A stretch of DNA of 64,000 bases, from positions 41,818 to 105,817 of the forward strand of contig JBAZLK010000002.1 in assembly GCA_041650335.1 (NCBI GenBank), in the 5' to 3' direction. Shown here one piece after another: positions 23,538 through 33,278 of the stretch. A program made the translations under genes and the position numbers. The notes beneath the pieces are model-generated. The model was not told the origin of the DNA and ran no database searches. It saw nothing but the letters and a program-made list of their open reading frames with translations. The stretch comes from Patescibacteria group bacterium (lineage in GTDB: Bacteria; Patescibacteriota; Patescibacteriia; JAHIZJ01). Positions within the stretch are counted from its first letter, which is position 1; each line of letters starts with the position of its first letter.

Positions 23538-24272
23538 TTACTCGTGTTGTTCGAGGGTGGCTACTTTAAAGAACACCAGCGACAAGATGGCGAAGATAAA
23601 TCCCTGGACCAGCCCGACAAAGAGTTCCAGAAAATAAAACGGCAGCGGCACGACGTATGGGATTAAGCTCGAGATGATGACCAATAAAACTTCGCCGGCA
23701 AAGATATTGCCGAATAGCCGAAAAGAGAATGACACGATCGTCGCCAGCTGGTCGATGAATTCCAGTAATCCAATAATCGGATTTTTTATATTGATAAACC
23801 GTTTCCAGTATTTAAACACGCCGACCGCCAGGATGCCAAAGACCTGCGTCGCGATCACGGAAATAATCGCCAAGGCTAACGTGGTGTTCAGATCAGAGTT
23901 CACCGTCCGAAAGAACGGCACGAATACTTCCTGCCCGTGCTTCATCTCATTTAAGCCGATCGTGCCAAAGCCGGGAAAAATACCCAGCCAATTCGAGGTG
24001 ACCACAAATAGGAATATTGTTACCACCCACGGGAAAAACCGGATTGATTGCTTCCGATCCTGGGTGACGCCGTCCATCAGATTCAACCATATTTCAACAA
24101 TCCACTCGATCACGTTCTGAAGGCCGCGTGGCACCGCTTTTATTTTTTTTGCCCGAAGCGTCAATCCGACAATTACTAAAACCGCCACACTGATCCATGA
24201 GGCCAGCAGCGTGTTGGTGACGGGCAAGCTTCCAATTTCAAATACTTTTTCCGCTGCGAGTGAAATCTCCAT
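23538..24272 (-). CDS. atpB: F0F1 ATP synthase subunit a
   Basis: 244 aa; multi-TM with the conserved Arg region (SFSFRLFGNIFAGE). Confidence 0.92.
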   Translation of the reverse strand: MEISLAAEKVFEIGSLPVTNTLLASWISVAVLVIVGLTLRAKKIKAVPRGLQNVIEWIVEIWLNLMDGVTQDRKQSIRFFPWVVTIFLFVVTSNWLGIFPGFGTIGLNEMKHGQEVFVPFFRTVNSDLNTTLALAIISVIATQVFGILAVGVFKYWKRFINIKNPIIGLLEFIDQLATIVSFSFRLFGNIFAGEVLLVIISSLIPYVVPLPFYFLELFVGLVQGFIFAILSLVFFKVATLEQHE

Positions 24273-24273
24273 G

Positions 24274-24591
24274 TTACTCCTTCGTGTCCTTCTTCTCTTC
24301 TTTCTTCGGTGGCGTTGAACGAGCCTGTTCGGCCATCACTTTTACCGCCTTGAAAAAAACTCCGAGGGTGGAAATAATAATCGAGAGCATGACGCCGGTG
24401 ATCAAAAACCACGGTTTCGTACCAAGCCAGCGGTCAACAAAGGCGCCGCCGAGCGCAAATATAACGAGCGGGATGGCTATTAAATATCCCAGCTCCCAGG
24501 CAAAGCGGAGCGCCGACCACGGTGCTGATTTTTTATTCTTGTCTGACTTCGGCTCGTCCATGTTTTCAAGGAAAAATAAAATTAAACCCAC
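24274..24591 (-). CDS. atpI: AtpZ/AtpI-family small membrane protein (ATP synthase gene 1)
   Basis: Two TM helices; first gene of the atp operon. The track start is a GTG; an in-frame ATG at 24561 is an alternative start. Confidence 0.7.
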   Translation of the reverse strand: MGLILFFLENMDEPKSDKNKKSAPWSALRFAWELGYLIAIPLVIFALGGAFVDRWLGTKPWFLITGVMLSIIISTLGVFFKAVKVMAEQARSTPPKKEEKKDTKE

Positions 24592-24604
24592 CGTTTTCGC
24601 AAGT

Positions 24605-24633
24605 ATTCTACACGAAGACTAGCAACAAATCAA
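24605..24633 (-). promoter_or_regulatory. sigma70-like promoter of the atp operon
   Basis: Minus-strand TTGATT-17 nt-TAGAAT. The -10 ends about 14 nt before the GTG start of atpZ. Confidence 0.5.
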
Positions 24634-24835
24634 GGGTAACTACTAATAATGGCTAAAGTTAGCCAATATATTTTTAGCGACAGTTACACTTTATGAATAT
24701 TGAAAAAATAATCTGTGATTTTTTTATTACCGAATGTTTTCTACAATTAATTTTACTAATTTCGTCCACAATATTTTTCATACGTACTCACATCATTTTT
24801 TTTCAAAAAGAGGATAGCTCGCCGTTACGCTCCCA

Positions 24836-24864
24836 TTGACAATGACGATTTTTTGCGCTATCAT
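24836..24864 (+). promoter_or_regulatory. near-consensus sigma70 promoter
   Basis: TTGACA-17 nt-TATCAT on the plus strand in the atp/rmuC intergenic region. Confidence 0.5.
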
Positions 24865-24909
24865 GTATATACTGTCTTTTAAAATCAAAACAAAAAATTT
24901 ATTGAACGC

Positions 24910-25038
24910 ATGGACACGCACGATTCAAACGAACAGCGCAAAGTCAAGCACAAAGGATCCGATTCCTTGTCAGAGCTCGAAGTTGCTTTGAAAAAATTTC
25001 GTCAAGCCAGACGTCAGCTACAACACGAGATTAAATAA
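24910..25038 (+). CDS. 42-aa charged, helical small ORF (hypothetical)
   Basis: ATG about 45 nt downstream of the consensus promoter. Product MDTHDSNEQRKVKHKGSDSLSELEVALKKFRQARRQLQHEIK. A weak A5/T-rich hairpin follows. No SD (host genes also lack one). Confidence 0.3.
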   Translation: MDTHDSNEQRKVKHKGSDSLSELEVALKKFRQARRQLQHEIK

Positions 25039-25100
25039 AAAAGGTCTCTTCCGTTTATTGTCGAGCCCTTTTTATTTTTTCAATCGTTTAGGTCGCCTAG

Positions 25101-26120
25101 TTACTCTTCAGCTAACGGCTTTTCGATCTGGCTCATGTCATTGTTTCCCTTCTGGCCGGTTATCTTGTAGACATCCTTGTCGATTTTCTTAAATTCTTTC
25201 GTGGCCGTATTGTAGGTATTAACGGTCGTCGACAGCTGATTGCCGATCCGACGATGATACTCATAATAGGCCGTTAGATGTTTCGCCATTTGTTCAACAT
25301 TGGCTTGTATTTCTTTGGCCGATTCTTCGATTTGAAGGGCGCGCAAGCCCTGGAGCACCGTTTGCAGATAGGCAAAAAATGAGGTCGGCGAGACGATCAT
25401 GACCCGTTTATCGCGAAAGGCGTATTCGATTAAATCGCGGGTATTTACTTTAATGGCGCCGACTTGATTGACCAGTAAATCGTAATAGATCGCCTCAGCC
25501 GGAATAAACATGAACGCGAAGTCCATTGTCCCCTCTTCCGGACGGATGTATTTCGAGGTCTCATCAATTCGATTCTTGAGATCCTGTTTAAATATTTTTT
25601 CAAGATCAGCGCGTTGAATCGGATCCTTCGTCTGAAGAATGCGGTTATAATTCTCAAGTGAGAATTTTGAATCAATTGGGATGATCTTTTTTCCGACAAA
25701 CACGGCCGCATCGACAATATCGCCGTTCTTAAAACCATACTGGAGCTGATACGCTTTCGGCGGCAAAACGTTTTTCAAGACCGTTTCAAGATAATATTCC
25801 CCGAGAATGCCGCGTTGTTTCGGGTTTTGGAGAATATCCTGCAAATTTTGCAGCTGGTCGGCGAAGTCAATAACCTGCCTGGTTGTTTCCGTCACCCGGG
25901 TGAGCTCCCGATGGACATCGAGTAAGCGGTCCTGCACCACCTTCTGCATGCCCTGGATGTTCTGGTTCACCAGATACATCGGGTCGCGCATGGCATCCTG
26001 CTTTTCGCGTTGCTGTTGAAGTAATCGCCGCTGTTGTCCAGCCACGAGAATAATAACCGCCGTAAACCCGGCGATTAAACATGCAATAACGACGATAAAC
26101 CAAATGATATTTACTGTCAT
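25101..26120 (-). CDS. rmuC: DNA recombination protein RmuC
   Basis: N-terminal TM then a long coiled coil; RmuC C-terminal domain similarity. Confidence 0.8.
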   Translation of the reverse strand: MTVNIIWFIVVIACLIAGFTAVIILVAGQQRRLLQQQREKQDAMRDPMYLVNQNIQGMQKVVQDRLLDVHRELTRVTETTRQVIDFADQLQNLQDILQNPKQRGILGEYYLETVLKNVLPPKAYQLQYGFKNGDIVDAAVFVGKKIIPIDSKFSLENYNRILQTKDPIQRADLEKIFKQDLKNRIDETSKYIRPEEGTMDFAFMFIPAEAIYYDLLVNQVGAIKVNTRDLIEYAFRDKRVMIVSPTSFFAYLQTVLQGLRALQIEESAKEIQANVEQMAKHLTAYYEYHRRIGNQLSTTVNTYNTATKEFKKIDKDVYKITGQKGNNDMSQIEKPLAEE

Positions 26121-26192
26121 AGAGTTATTGTACCCTACCCTTTCCTCTTGGCAAGGCGTATCGAGTTATCCACAGTCTATTACCATGTAATC

Positions 26193-26221
26193 TTGCCTAA
26201 AACAAACAACTTCGCTATGAT
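26193..26221 (+). promoter_or_regulatory. sigma70-like promoter
   Basis: TTGCCT-17 nt-TATGAT, about 60 nt upstream of the 26281 ATG. Confidence 0.5.
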
Positions 26222-26280
26222 GAGTCATCAACGGAACTGCATCTATCCACGGAGGGTAGCGCTTCGCAGGAGGTAAGACG

Positions 26281-26634
26281 ATGGCGGGTTTGGGGGTACG
26301 GTCTTCTCCGTTGGTGGTCATGGGCTTCGTAGCCGTGACGGCAATCGTCGTTATCGGCGAGCAACTACACCAAAATCACACACCAACACTGATCCTTCTC
26401 AACGAACAGACCTACTGGATGAAGACGTCCGAAACGAACGTCTATGCCGATCTGAAAGCCGCCAGCAGATGGCTAGAGGAACATCAACTCGTACCGCGCG
26501 AAGTGATTATGGATCAACGCGATGTTGTTGCCCGTGTTACACGCGCACCTATTCCTCTCGACCTGAAGAACCGGTTGGTACTTGAAACCGGCATCATCTT
26601 TGACTGTTCGAAGTCGAAACCGCCCGATCCGTGA
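26281..26634 (+). CDS. hypothetical protein with N-terminal hydrophobic segment
   Basis: 117 aa. Strong SD AGGAGG 7 nt before the ATG. Higher G+C than neighbours. Own promoter and downstream hairpin. Confidence 0.6.
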   Translation: MAGLGVRSSPLVVMGFVAVTAIVVIGEQLHQNHTPTLILLNEQTYWMKTSETNVYADLKAASRWLEEHQLVPREVIMDQRDVVARVTRAPIPLDLKNRLVLETGIIFDCSKSKPPDP

Positions 26635-26665
26635 CCCTGTCATTGGTTCGGGCTTTTATTTTTCG
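26622..26665. terminator. convergent hairpin plus T-run between the 26281 ORF and tatD
   Basis: GCCCGA...TCGGGC 6-bp stem with a ~20-nt loop, followed by TTTTATTTTT. The stem is weak and overlaps both gene ends. Confidence 0.35.
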
Positions 26666-27468
26666 ATCGTTGATACAGTTCTCAAATGGAAAAGTCGCTC
26701 GGCGTTTTTTGTTGTTTCGGCGACGACTACCTGATAAGGCATGTTTTTCAGTTCGGCAATTTTTTCAGCCACGTGCTTTACATAGACCGGTTCGTTTCGC
26801 TGTCGGCGATATGGGACCGGAGCCAAATACGGCGCATCCGTTTCGATGAGCATACGATCGATCGGCACGCGTTTAATTAAATCCAACAACCGCTCATCAT
26901 CGGTAAACGTGATAATCCCGGTAAAACCAAGATACAAACCGCGATCAAGAAATTGATCCGCGATCGTTTGGTCGCCAAGGAAGCAATGCACAACCCCGCC
27001 AGCCGGCAATTTTTCCGACTGCAATTCGGCTAACAGCTCGGCATAGGCATCCCGGCAATGAAAGATAACCGGCAACTTCCGTCGGTCCGCCAACCCAAGA
27101 AAAAAATGAAGGATTGTTTTTTGGTAGGTTTTAAATTCTTCCTTCGACTGGGCCGTTCCGTCCGGCAAACGATAATAATCCAACCCAACCTCGCCGATGG
27201 CGACGATTTGGGCGGAGTATTTTTCAGTAAGCTCATTAAAGGCCTGCTCTTGAAATTCTATTTCGGCCGCATGGGATGGGTGAAAACCGACGGCTGCGTA
27301 CATCTGTCCGGGATATTGTTGCGCTAACTCAATCGCTGTCATACTCGTCTGATATTGTGAGCCGACATTAATAACCCGCAGCTTCGCTTGAAGACAGCGG
27401 TTTATTACGTCCGTGCGGTCCTGACGATAGGCACGGAAATTTAAATGCGCGTGGGTATCGATGAGCAT
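26656..27468 (-). CDS. tatD: TatD-family metal-dependent DNase/hydrolase
   Basis: MLIDTHAHLNF start; TatD motifs throughout. Confidence 0.9.
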   Translation of the reverse strand: MLIDTHAHLNFRAYRQDRTDVINRCLQAKLRVINVGSQYQTSMTAIELAQQYPGQMYAAVGFHPSHAAEIEFQEQAFNELTEKYSAQIVAIGEVGLDYYRLPDGTAQSKEEFKTYQKTILHFFLGLADRRKLPVIFHCRDAYAELLAELQSEKLPAGGVVHCFLGDQTIADQFLDRGLYLGFTGIITFTDDERLLDLIKRVPIDRMLIETDAPYLAPVPYRRQRNEPVYVKHVAEKIAELKNMPYQVVVAETTKNAERLFHLRTVSTIEK

Positions 27469-27980
27469 TAGAATAGTCCAGGCAGCACCCGAAACGAATC
27501 GGGTAAAATGAAGCCGAGGAGATTGGCCGTACCCAGCATGAGTTGGGCGAGGTCAGAGCGGGACAACTGTTCGGCTAAGCTCGGCTGATGAAGAAATTGA
27601 TCGGCCACCATTAGCACGATGCCGATGACAAATAACCCTTCGACAAAACCGAGGATGGCGCCGCCGAACCGATTCAGCAGGGTGAAGAACGGCACGTGTT
27701 TTAATATTTGCAATGCCCGCGCCAAGAACCAAAAAACGATCCCTACCAAGTGGGTCGTCAGCAGGAATATCAGGACAAAGCCAATCAAGTTGGCGACCGC
27801 TTCCCGACCAAGAAATAACGGCGTAATCCAACTGCCAATCCCTTCATAATACCGACTGGCTAAATAGTAGCCAAAACCAAGGCCGATGATTGAACCAAGC
27901 GACTGGAACAAGCCAGTCATAAAACCCAGCACAATGAAACCGCCAAGGAAAATCAATAAAATAAGATCGATAATTGGCAT
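27468..27980 (-). CDS. cvpA: CvpA-family membrane protein
   Basis: 170 aa; four TM helices; CvpA-like sequence. Confidence 0.75.
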   Translation of the reverse strand: MPIIDLILLIFLGGFIVLGFMTGLFQSLGSIIGLGFGYYLASRYYEGIGSWITPLFLGREAVANLIGFVLIFLLTTHLVGIVFWFLARALQILKHVPFFTLLNRFGGAILGFVEGLFVIGIVLMVADQFLHQPSLAEQLSRSDLAQLMLGTANLLGFILPDSFRVLPGLF

Positions 27981-28027
27981 ATTCTGATATTACTATATCA
28001 CAACAATGAATTTGTCGGAATGCTGGT

Positions 28028-28903
28028 TTATCGGACGAAATACCAGGTGAGATAACTCGTCACGTCGGTCAGGCCAGCTTCACCGGTTACCGTGGCAGCG
28101 TTAGAGCTCTCCAAAAGAACGCCAGTCTTCGTACCCCGCCTCTCAACATATTCCAGTAGAGTCAAAATAGCCGGTTTTGAATCGACATACATATCAGTGA
28201 CGCTGGCCATATCGCGATTCTGCAAAACAGCGATATTTATTTCCGCCTGCGTGTCGGCCACCGCTGGCGTTACTTCATGCGAAAAATCCACGCTGGCGAG
28301 AACGAGAGCGTCGTCTGGCAGCGTTGCGTCTAACGTCTCAGCCAATCGTTTCGCGTCTTCGGCGGTCACGGTGTTTTTTAGCACAATCGGCACAAATGTC
28401 GTCCGAGGAAAAGATTTTTGGATAAATGACACCTCTGCCGAGATCGAGTGTTCTTTTTCAAACACCCGCTCGTCAATCTTTACCAAATCTTCTTTTGACA
28501 AGGTGTCGATAATTGCTTCGGCTGGCTGGAGCGTGCCATAAGGCGTCGACCATTCTCCTTTTGACGAGATGATTGGCCCGCTCCCGGTATTAAAGTGATT
28601 TGGTCCGATCACGACGACCACGCTTGGCGTTTGGTTGCTCAACCCGAGAAAAAACCTGGCAATCAGATGAGAGGCCAGCAAATGATGCGGAATAATTCCA
28701 GCCACAGCAAAATCAACCGATTCGTTCGGTTTTTCATTCTGATATGCCTGGTCAAAAAACTCCCGGTCCATAAAGAACGATCGGTGAACAACGCGGTCGT
28801 TAATCAACCCGGAGTTTGTTGACAGAGAGGTTGTATTTTCCGGCTTCGTGCCGCAGCCAGCGAGAAAAATCGCCACCGCGCACAAAACCAGTATTTTTCT
28901 CAT
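28028..28903 (-). CDS. MEMO1/AmmeMemoRadiSam-system-protein-B-like lipoprotein
   Basis: Lipobox LAGCG after a signal peptide. GPNHF and ASVDFSHE motifs resemble the Memo/LigB-type fold. Start moved to the internal ATG (MRKILVL); the track starts at 28948. Confidence 0.5.
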   Translation of the reverse strand: MRKILVLCAVAIFLAGCGTKPENTTSLSTNSGLINDRVVHRSFFMDREFFDQAYQNEKPNESVDFAVAGIIPHHLLASHLIARFFLGLSNQTPSVVVVIGPNHFNTGSGPIISSKGEWSTPYGTLQPAEAIIDTLSKEDLVKIDERVFEKEHSISAEVSFIQKSFPRTTFVPIVLKNTVTAEDAKRLAETLDATLPDDALVLASVDFSHEVTPAVADTQAEINIAVLQNRDMASVTDMYVDSKPAILTLLEYVERRGTKTGVLLESSNAATVTGEAGLTDVTSYLTWYFVR

Positions 28904-28904
28904 A

Positions 28905-31190
28905 CTAGCGGTGTAAGGCCCCGCCCCACTCAACGACAGTGAAACCATGCCGGACTGGCGTTTCGAGTTTTTGCGGTGTAACGGTAATCCGGGTGTCGAG
29001 CGGTTTATAATCCATGAACACGCGGATTACTTGGTCTGGTTTTGGGATTACGGTCAGCGGTGCCAGCTGATCGAAAACGGCCTGATTGATGAATGTCACG
29101 AACACATACGGCTTTATTTCCAGCTTTGGCTGCCAGAATTCTATAAACTCAGCGCTTTCCTTCTCGTTTAATCCAAGAATAACCAGTTTTTCTTTTAGAA
29201 ATTGGCCAACCTCGGATCGGGCAATAACAAAACCTCGATTCGGTATTTCATAGTTTAAGCCCACGCCCTCCCAGAACAGATAGGGGTATTCATCGCCATT
29301 TGCTGTTTTTAACTGCCCGTCTGGTCGCGCGATCACTGCCCAGCCGTCGGCTGGATAGGCCGGCTCAGTCAGGGTAAATCCCCCGGTCGGGCTAACCTTC
29401 ACGTTGACCGGCGTTTCTTTTTCCGGATAGAGATAGATAACCGGTTTGCCGCATTCGGCGGCTGGTACGTATGTAGCTTTCTTGAACCGCAGCCACATGC
29501 CGAATGGATCCTGCCAGAAAAACACCGGGTGATCGGCCGCAAACGCGTCGTAGCTGGGTTTTGTTTCCTCGATCGGCACATAGAAACTGTCATACACCTC
29601 TTTCAAAGCTGGGTTATTTTTGTCCGCAAATTCATAGACGGCATCGCCGGTGGACGTCCGGCCCGTGGCCACGAGCGCTGACTGTCCGCCCAGATCAGCC
29701 AGTGTTGTCAGGGCGTGGCAGAACATCGTACCGCACCCGCCCGTCGGATCGTTATAGGTGTAATCTTCCGATATCCGTGTGCCGTCGTTCCACCGCACAT
29801 CTGGCCGGAAGCTGGTCGCCCCGAAATACGGATTTTCCGCGGTTGGTGTGCTGGTGGCAAAGTCGAGTTTGTAGATGTATTTCTTGGCCGTGCCGTCCTT
29901 TTGTCTGACTATGAAACACTTTTCATTCGTATCAAACGACACGTCGCCGACAGTCGCGTTTGTGAACTTCTTTTCCAGGGTGGAATAATCGGTATACATT
30001 TTATTCGGATCAAAAGCCGTAGCGAGGAGTTTGGTAGAAGAGTCTGGAATCGCGATTTCGGCCGGCACGGTGAAGCCACTAAGCGTCGCCTGCGTGTCAT
30101 ATTGGAACGGAAATCCGACTTGTTGCAGATCGTCGGAGTATTTCTCGAGATAGACAAAGCTGGCGGTGTCCGGGTTATAGGCCACCCGATAAAGATTTTT
30201 CTGAAACGCCGGACCCATAGGCAATTCAAGAATTACGACGAGTGCCTGGCCGGCATACGGGCGGGTATTAATCGTGCCGACCTGATAATACTGACGGCTG
30301 CTGAAATAATCGCCGTATTGATCACCGGGGTTTTTTGCGTTTTCTATCAGATTCAGCTCGACCGGCGCCGTCAGCCATGAAACCGACAAATCGCTCCCTT
30401 CGTTCGCCACTTTCGCCTTCGCTGTCGGGTTGATGATTTCCGTATATGGCTTCGGATCAATGAATGCAAAGCTATCCAGAATGTCGTTGACGAGAGCCGT
30501 GTTTTTTTCCAACACGGTCTGGGGTGCATTCAGCGTGATTTGATAGACGCGTTGTCCCCGCGCGATATAGCCGTAGGCCACTTGATAAGCCAAATTAACA
30601 TCGGTATTGTTGGGCGTAGTCCGAATGAATGATTTCATGCCATTGTCTCGTGTCTCGATCTCGCCGTAGCTGTCGCCCTGACGTTCGGAACGCATGGCTG
30701 CCAGCTTCTTGTTCAACCAAACCTCGAAGCTTGGATCGCCGTTATTGTAATAAGTAATCCACATAGGAAATATATAGCCGGCGGGTGCGTCGACCGATAC
30801 GAGCGAATCTTCTTCATTGATTCCCTGTGTCACCGGGCCGCCTGTCCAGTCCGACGGTACGGATATCTCGAAACCGTGATTATACAGCTGATATGTAATT
30901 GTTCGCATGTTAGAGACCGGGATAACAACATTTGTGTTCGTATTGGCATTCAGGTTGGCGTTGGCGTTTGTCAGGCTATTTGTATTTGCGTTCGCATTCA
31001 CATTTGCGTTCGCATTTGTATTATTACCAGAATTTAGGGTCGTGCTTGTGCCCTTATCCGTGTCGCACTGGGTATAAAAATACGCGCCAATAACAAGACC
31101 GGCGGCAACAATAATCGTCAGAAGAAACCAAAGTGCCGGCAGACTTTTTTTTGACTGTCCGTCGTTGTTTTTTGCGATTGGCTTGGCCAT
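28905..31190 (-). CDS. large secreted/surface protein with N-terminal TM anchor and Asn-rich low-complexity linker (hypothetical)
   Basis: 761 aa. TM helix LPALWFLLTIIVAAGLVIGAYF. Then NTNANANVNANANTNSLTNANANLNANTNTN. Then a long W/Y-rich globular region. Confidence 0.7.
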   Translation of the reverse strand: MAKPIAKNNDGQSKKSLPALWFLLTIIVAAGLVIGAYFYTQCDTDKGTSTTLNSGNNTNANANVNANANTNSLTNANANLNANTNTNVVIPVSNMRTITYQLYNHGFEISVPSDWTGGPVTQGINEEDSLVSVDAPAGYIFPMWITYYNNGDPSFEVWLNKKLAAMRSERQGDSYGEIETRDNGMKSFIRTTPNNTDVNLAYQVAYGYIARGQRVYQITLNAPQTVLEKNTALVNDILDSFAFIDPKPYTEIINPTAKAKVANEGSDLSVSWLTAPVELNLIENAKNPGDQYGDYFSSRQYYQVGTINTRPYAGQALVVILELPMGPAFQKNLYRVAYNPDTASFVYLEKYSDDLQQVGFPFQYDTQATLSGFTVPAEIAIPDSSTKLLATAFDPNKMYTDYSTLEKKFTNATVGDVSFDTNEKCFIVRQKDGTAKKYIYKLDFATSTPTAENPYFGATSFRPDVRWNDGTRISEDYTYNDPTGGCGTMFCHALTTLADLGGQSALVATGRTSTGDAVYEFADKNNPALKEVYDSFYVPIEETKPSYDAFAADHPVFFWQDPFGMWLRFKKATYVPAAECGKPVIYLYPEKETPVNVKVSPTGGFTLTEPAYPADGWAVIARPDGQLKTANGDEYPYLFWEGVGLNYEIPNRGFVIARSEVGQFLKEKLVILGLNEKESAEFIEFWQPKLEIKPYVFVTFINQAVFDQLAPLTVIPKPDQVIRVFMDYKPLDTRITVTPQKLETPVRHGFTVVEWGGALHR
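30930..31025 (-). repeat. imperfect in-frame tandem repeat (GCGTTNGCATT-type) encoding the (N-A/T)n linker
   Basis: Plus strand reads ttggcgttggcgtttgtc...atttgcgttcgcattcacatttgcgttcgcatttgt. Confidence 0.7.
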
Positions 31191-31213
31191 AGTATTTTTC
31201 TAGTAATAAAATA

Positions 31214-32641
31214 TTATTTTCGAGGAAACAGCGACTCTGCTTTTTTTATCGTCGGTCCGGAAAATTGCCTCAAAATGCTCTGGCTGGCGAGCGGCATAAA
31301 CGGATCGAGCAAATCCGCGATAACGCGAATCTGGTCAACAGTTTTGCGTAGCACCTCTATCCGGCGTTCACTTTCTTCGGCGGGTATTTTCCACGGCGCC
31401 TGCTCATCGAGAAATTTATTGGCTGCATAGATCAACCCGAAGATTTCCTTCAGCGCATTATCAAATTGGAGCAGTTCCAAATGTTTTTTCACTTTTTCTT
31501 TAACAGCCTTGCCGGATTCCACCGTCGCCGCTGATATCTCGACGGAATACTTCTCGCACAAAGTAGCGGTCCGGCTGACCAAATTGCCTAAGCTGTTCGC
31601 CAGATGCGCGTTATATTGTTCGGTAAACAGGTCTTTTTTTATATCGCCGTCCTGGCCAAAGGGAAATTGCGACAATAATAAATATCGGGCCGCATCCGAG
31701 CCATACGTCTCAACGAGCGTATTTGGATCGATGACATTCCCGATCGTTTTGCTCATCTTCTGCTTATTGATCGTGAAAAATCCGTGCGCGAAAATCTGTT
31801 TCGGCACCGGTTCGCCGGCGGCCAGCAAGAGCGCCGGCCAATAGACGGCGTGGAATTTAATGATATCCTTGGCCATAAGGTGGACGTCAGCCGGCCACCA
31901 GCTCTGGTAGGTGTCGCTGGCCGTGCCATATCCGATGGCGGAGATATAATTCTGGAGCGCTTCCACCCAAACGTAGCAATTGTGCTTGGGATCGAACGGC
32001 AACGGTATCCCCCACCGGACTTTTTCCCGCGAGACCGAAAAGTCCTGAAGCCCTTGTTTGAATAGTCCGAGCACTTCTTTTTTCCGCTCGATTGGACGGA
32101 TCAATATTTCATCCCGCTCAATCAACGCCTGAACGTCGGGGAGATATTTATTGAGTTTAAAAAAGTAGTTACGTTCCTTGATTAGTTTCAGCTTCACAAG
32201 GTGGTCGGGGCACTTTCCGTCCACCAGTTCCTTCTCAGTGTAAAAACGTTCACAGGCAACGCAATACAGTCCTTCATAGACGCCTTCGTAGAGGGCGCCG
32301 ACGTCCATGAGTTTCTGCATGAATATTTGGACCGCCTCAACATGCCGTTCCTCGGTGGTTCTGATAAAATCGTCATATTTAATGTTACAATTCCGCCACG
32401 ATAGGATAAACAGCTCGGACATTTCGTCGACGAACTCCTTCGGTGTTTGGCCGGCTTTTTTTGCGCTTTCGGCCACTTTGGCTCCATGCTCGTCAGTACC
32501 GGTCAAGAAAAAGACTTTTTCGCCGAGTTTCCGATGAAACCGCGCCAAAACATCAGCCGCAATCGTCGTGTAGGCATGGCCAATGTGGGGACGGTCGTTG
32601 ACGTAATAGATGGGGGTTGTGATATAGAATTTTTTTGCCAT
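31214..32641 (-). CDS. metG: methionine--tRNA ligase
   Basis: HIGH motif region (PHIGHAYTT) and KMSKT (KMSKTIGNVIDP). Confidence 0.93.
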   Translation of the reverse strand: MAKKFYITTPIYYVNDRPHIGHAYTTIAADVLARFHRKLGEKVFFLTGTDEHGAKVAESAKKAGQTPKEFVDEMSELFILSWRNCNIKYDDFIRTTEERHVEAVQIFMQKLMDVGALYEGVYEGLYCVACERFYTEKELVDGKCPDHLVKLKLIKERNYFFKLNKYLPDVQALIERDEILIRPIERKKEVLGLFKQGLQDFSVSREKVRWGIPLPFDPKHNCYVWVEALQNYISAIGYGTASDTYQSWWPADVHLMAKDIIKFHAVYWPALLLAAGEPVPKQIFAHGFFTINKQKMSKTIGNVIDPNTLVETYGSDAARYLLLSQFPFGQDGDIKKDLFTEQYNAHLANSLGNLVSRTATLCEKYSVEISAATVESGKAVKEKVKKHLELLQFDNALKEIFGLIYAANKFLDEQAPWKIPAEESERRIEVLRKTVDQIRVIADLLDPFMPLASQSILRQFSGPTIKKAESLFPRK

Positions 32642-32717
32642 AGTATTGGTTAATAAATCACCTCGTCCCGCTTATATTTTTTTACTTAGAGCAAAAGATT
32701 TTCCGTTCGAACACGTT

Positions 32718-33278
32718 TTATAACGTAATGAATCTACCGTCAATTTTTTCCTTCAACAACACTATGGCGAGCGCCGAGCCCATGGCCACGATAGTGTTAT
32801 CCCTCGCCATCTCAACTGCCTTATCGAAATCCACCAGCACAACCTTGATGTCTTCCTGGACGTCGTCGTCTTCATCGTAGCGACGGTTTGCTATCGCCAC
32901 GTTCCGCGCAAAATACATATGTATTTTGCGGTTAAGCTGGCCATATGTCTCGTAAAAAGCGCCAAGTTTTATCAATGATGAACAGGCAAAGCCGGTCTCC
33001 TCTTCAAACTCTCTTTGAGCCCCCTTTTCAATTGTTTCAGTGTTTTTTTTATAGCCCGATGGAAATTCGATCACCTCATCGTCGACCATATATCGGTATT
33101 GGCGGATCATGACCAATTTTTTTTCTTTAGTCATGCCGATAACCATGGCTGAATCCGGGCTGTCCCAGTAAATCCAATCTCTCTTTTCGCCGTTTGGCAA
33201 CTGAACTAAATCCTTCTTCACTTTAAAATACTTAGTGTCAAGGGCCACTTCAGATTTTAAACATTTCCACCTTCTCAT
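32718..33278 (-). CDS. NUDIX hydrolase
   Basis: Nudix box GAQREFEEETGF. Confidence 0.85.
   Translation of the reverse strand: MRRWKCLKSEVALDTKYFKVKKDLVQLPNGEKRDWIYWDSPDSAMVIGMTKEKKLVMIRQYRYMVDDEVIEFPSGYKKNTETIEKGAQREFEEETGFACSSLIKLGAFYETYGQLNRKIHMYFARNVAIANRRYDEDDDVQEDIKVVLVDFDKAVEMARDNTIVAMGSALAIVLLKEKIDGRFITL

Noticed and set aside
29715-30380. 221-aa plus-strand ORF, and other 60-130 aa antisense ORFs inside the 761-aa surface protein gene
   Set aside because: They overlap a long well-formed minus-strand gene and have Arg-rich junk composition.
30930-31025. Possibility that the short tandem repeats are a CRISPR array or non-coding satellite
   Set aside because: The repeats are about 11 nt, imperfect, in frame, and inside a continuous ORF. 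There are no spacers of uniform length and no cas genes.
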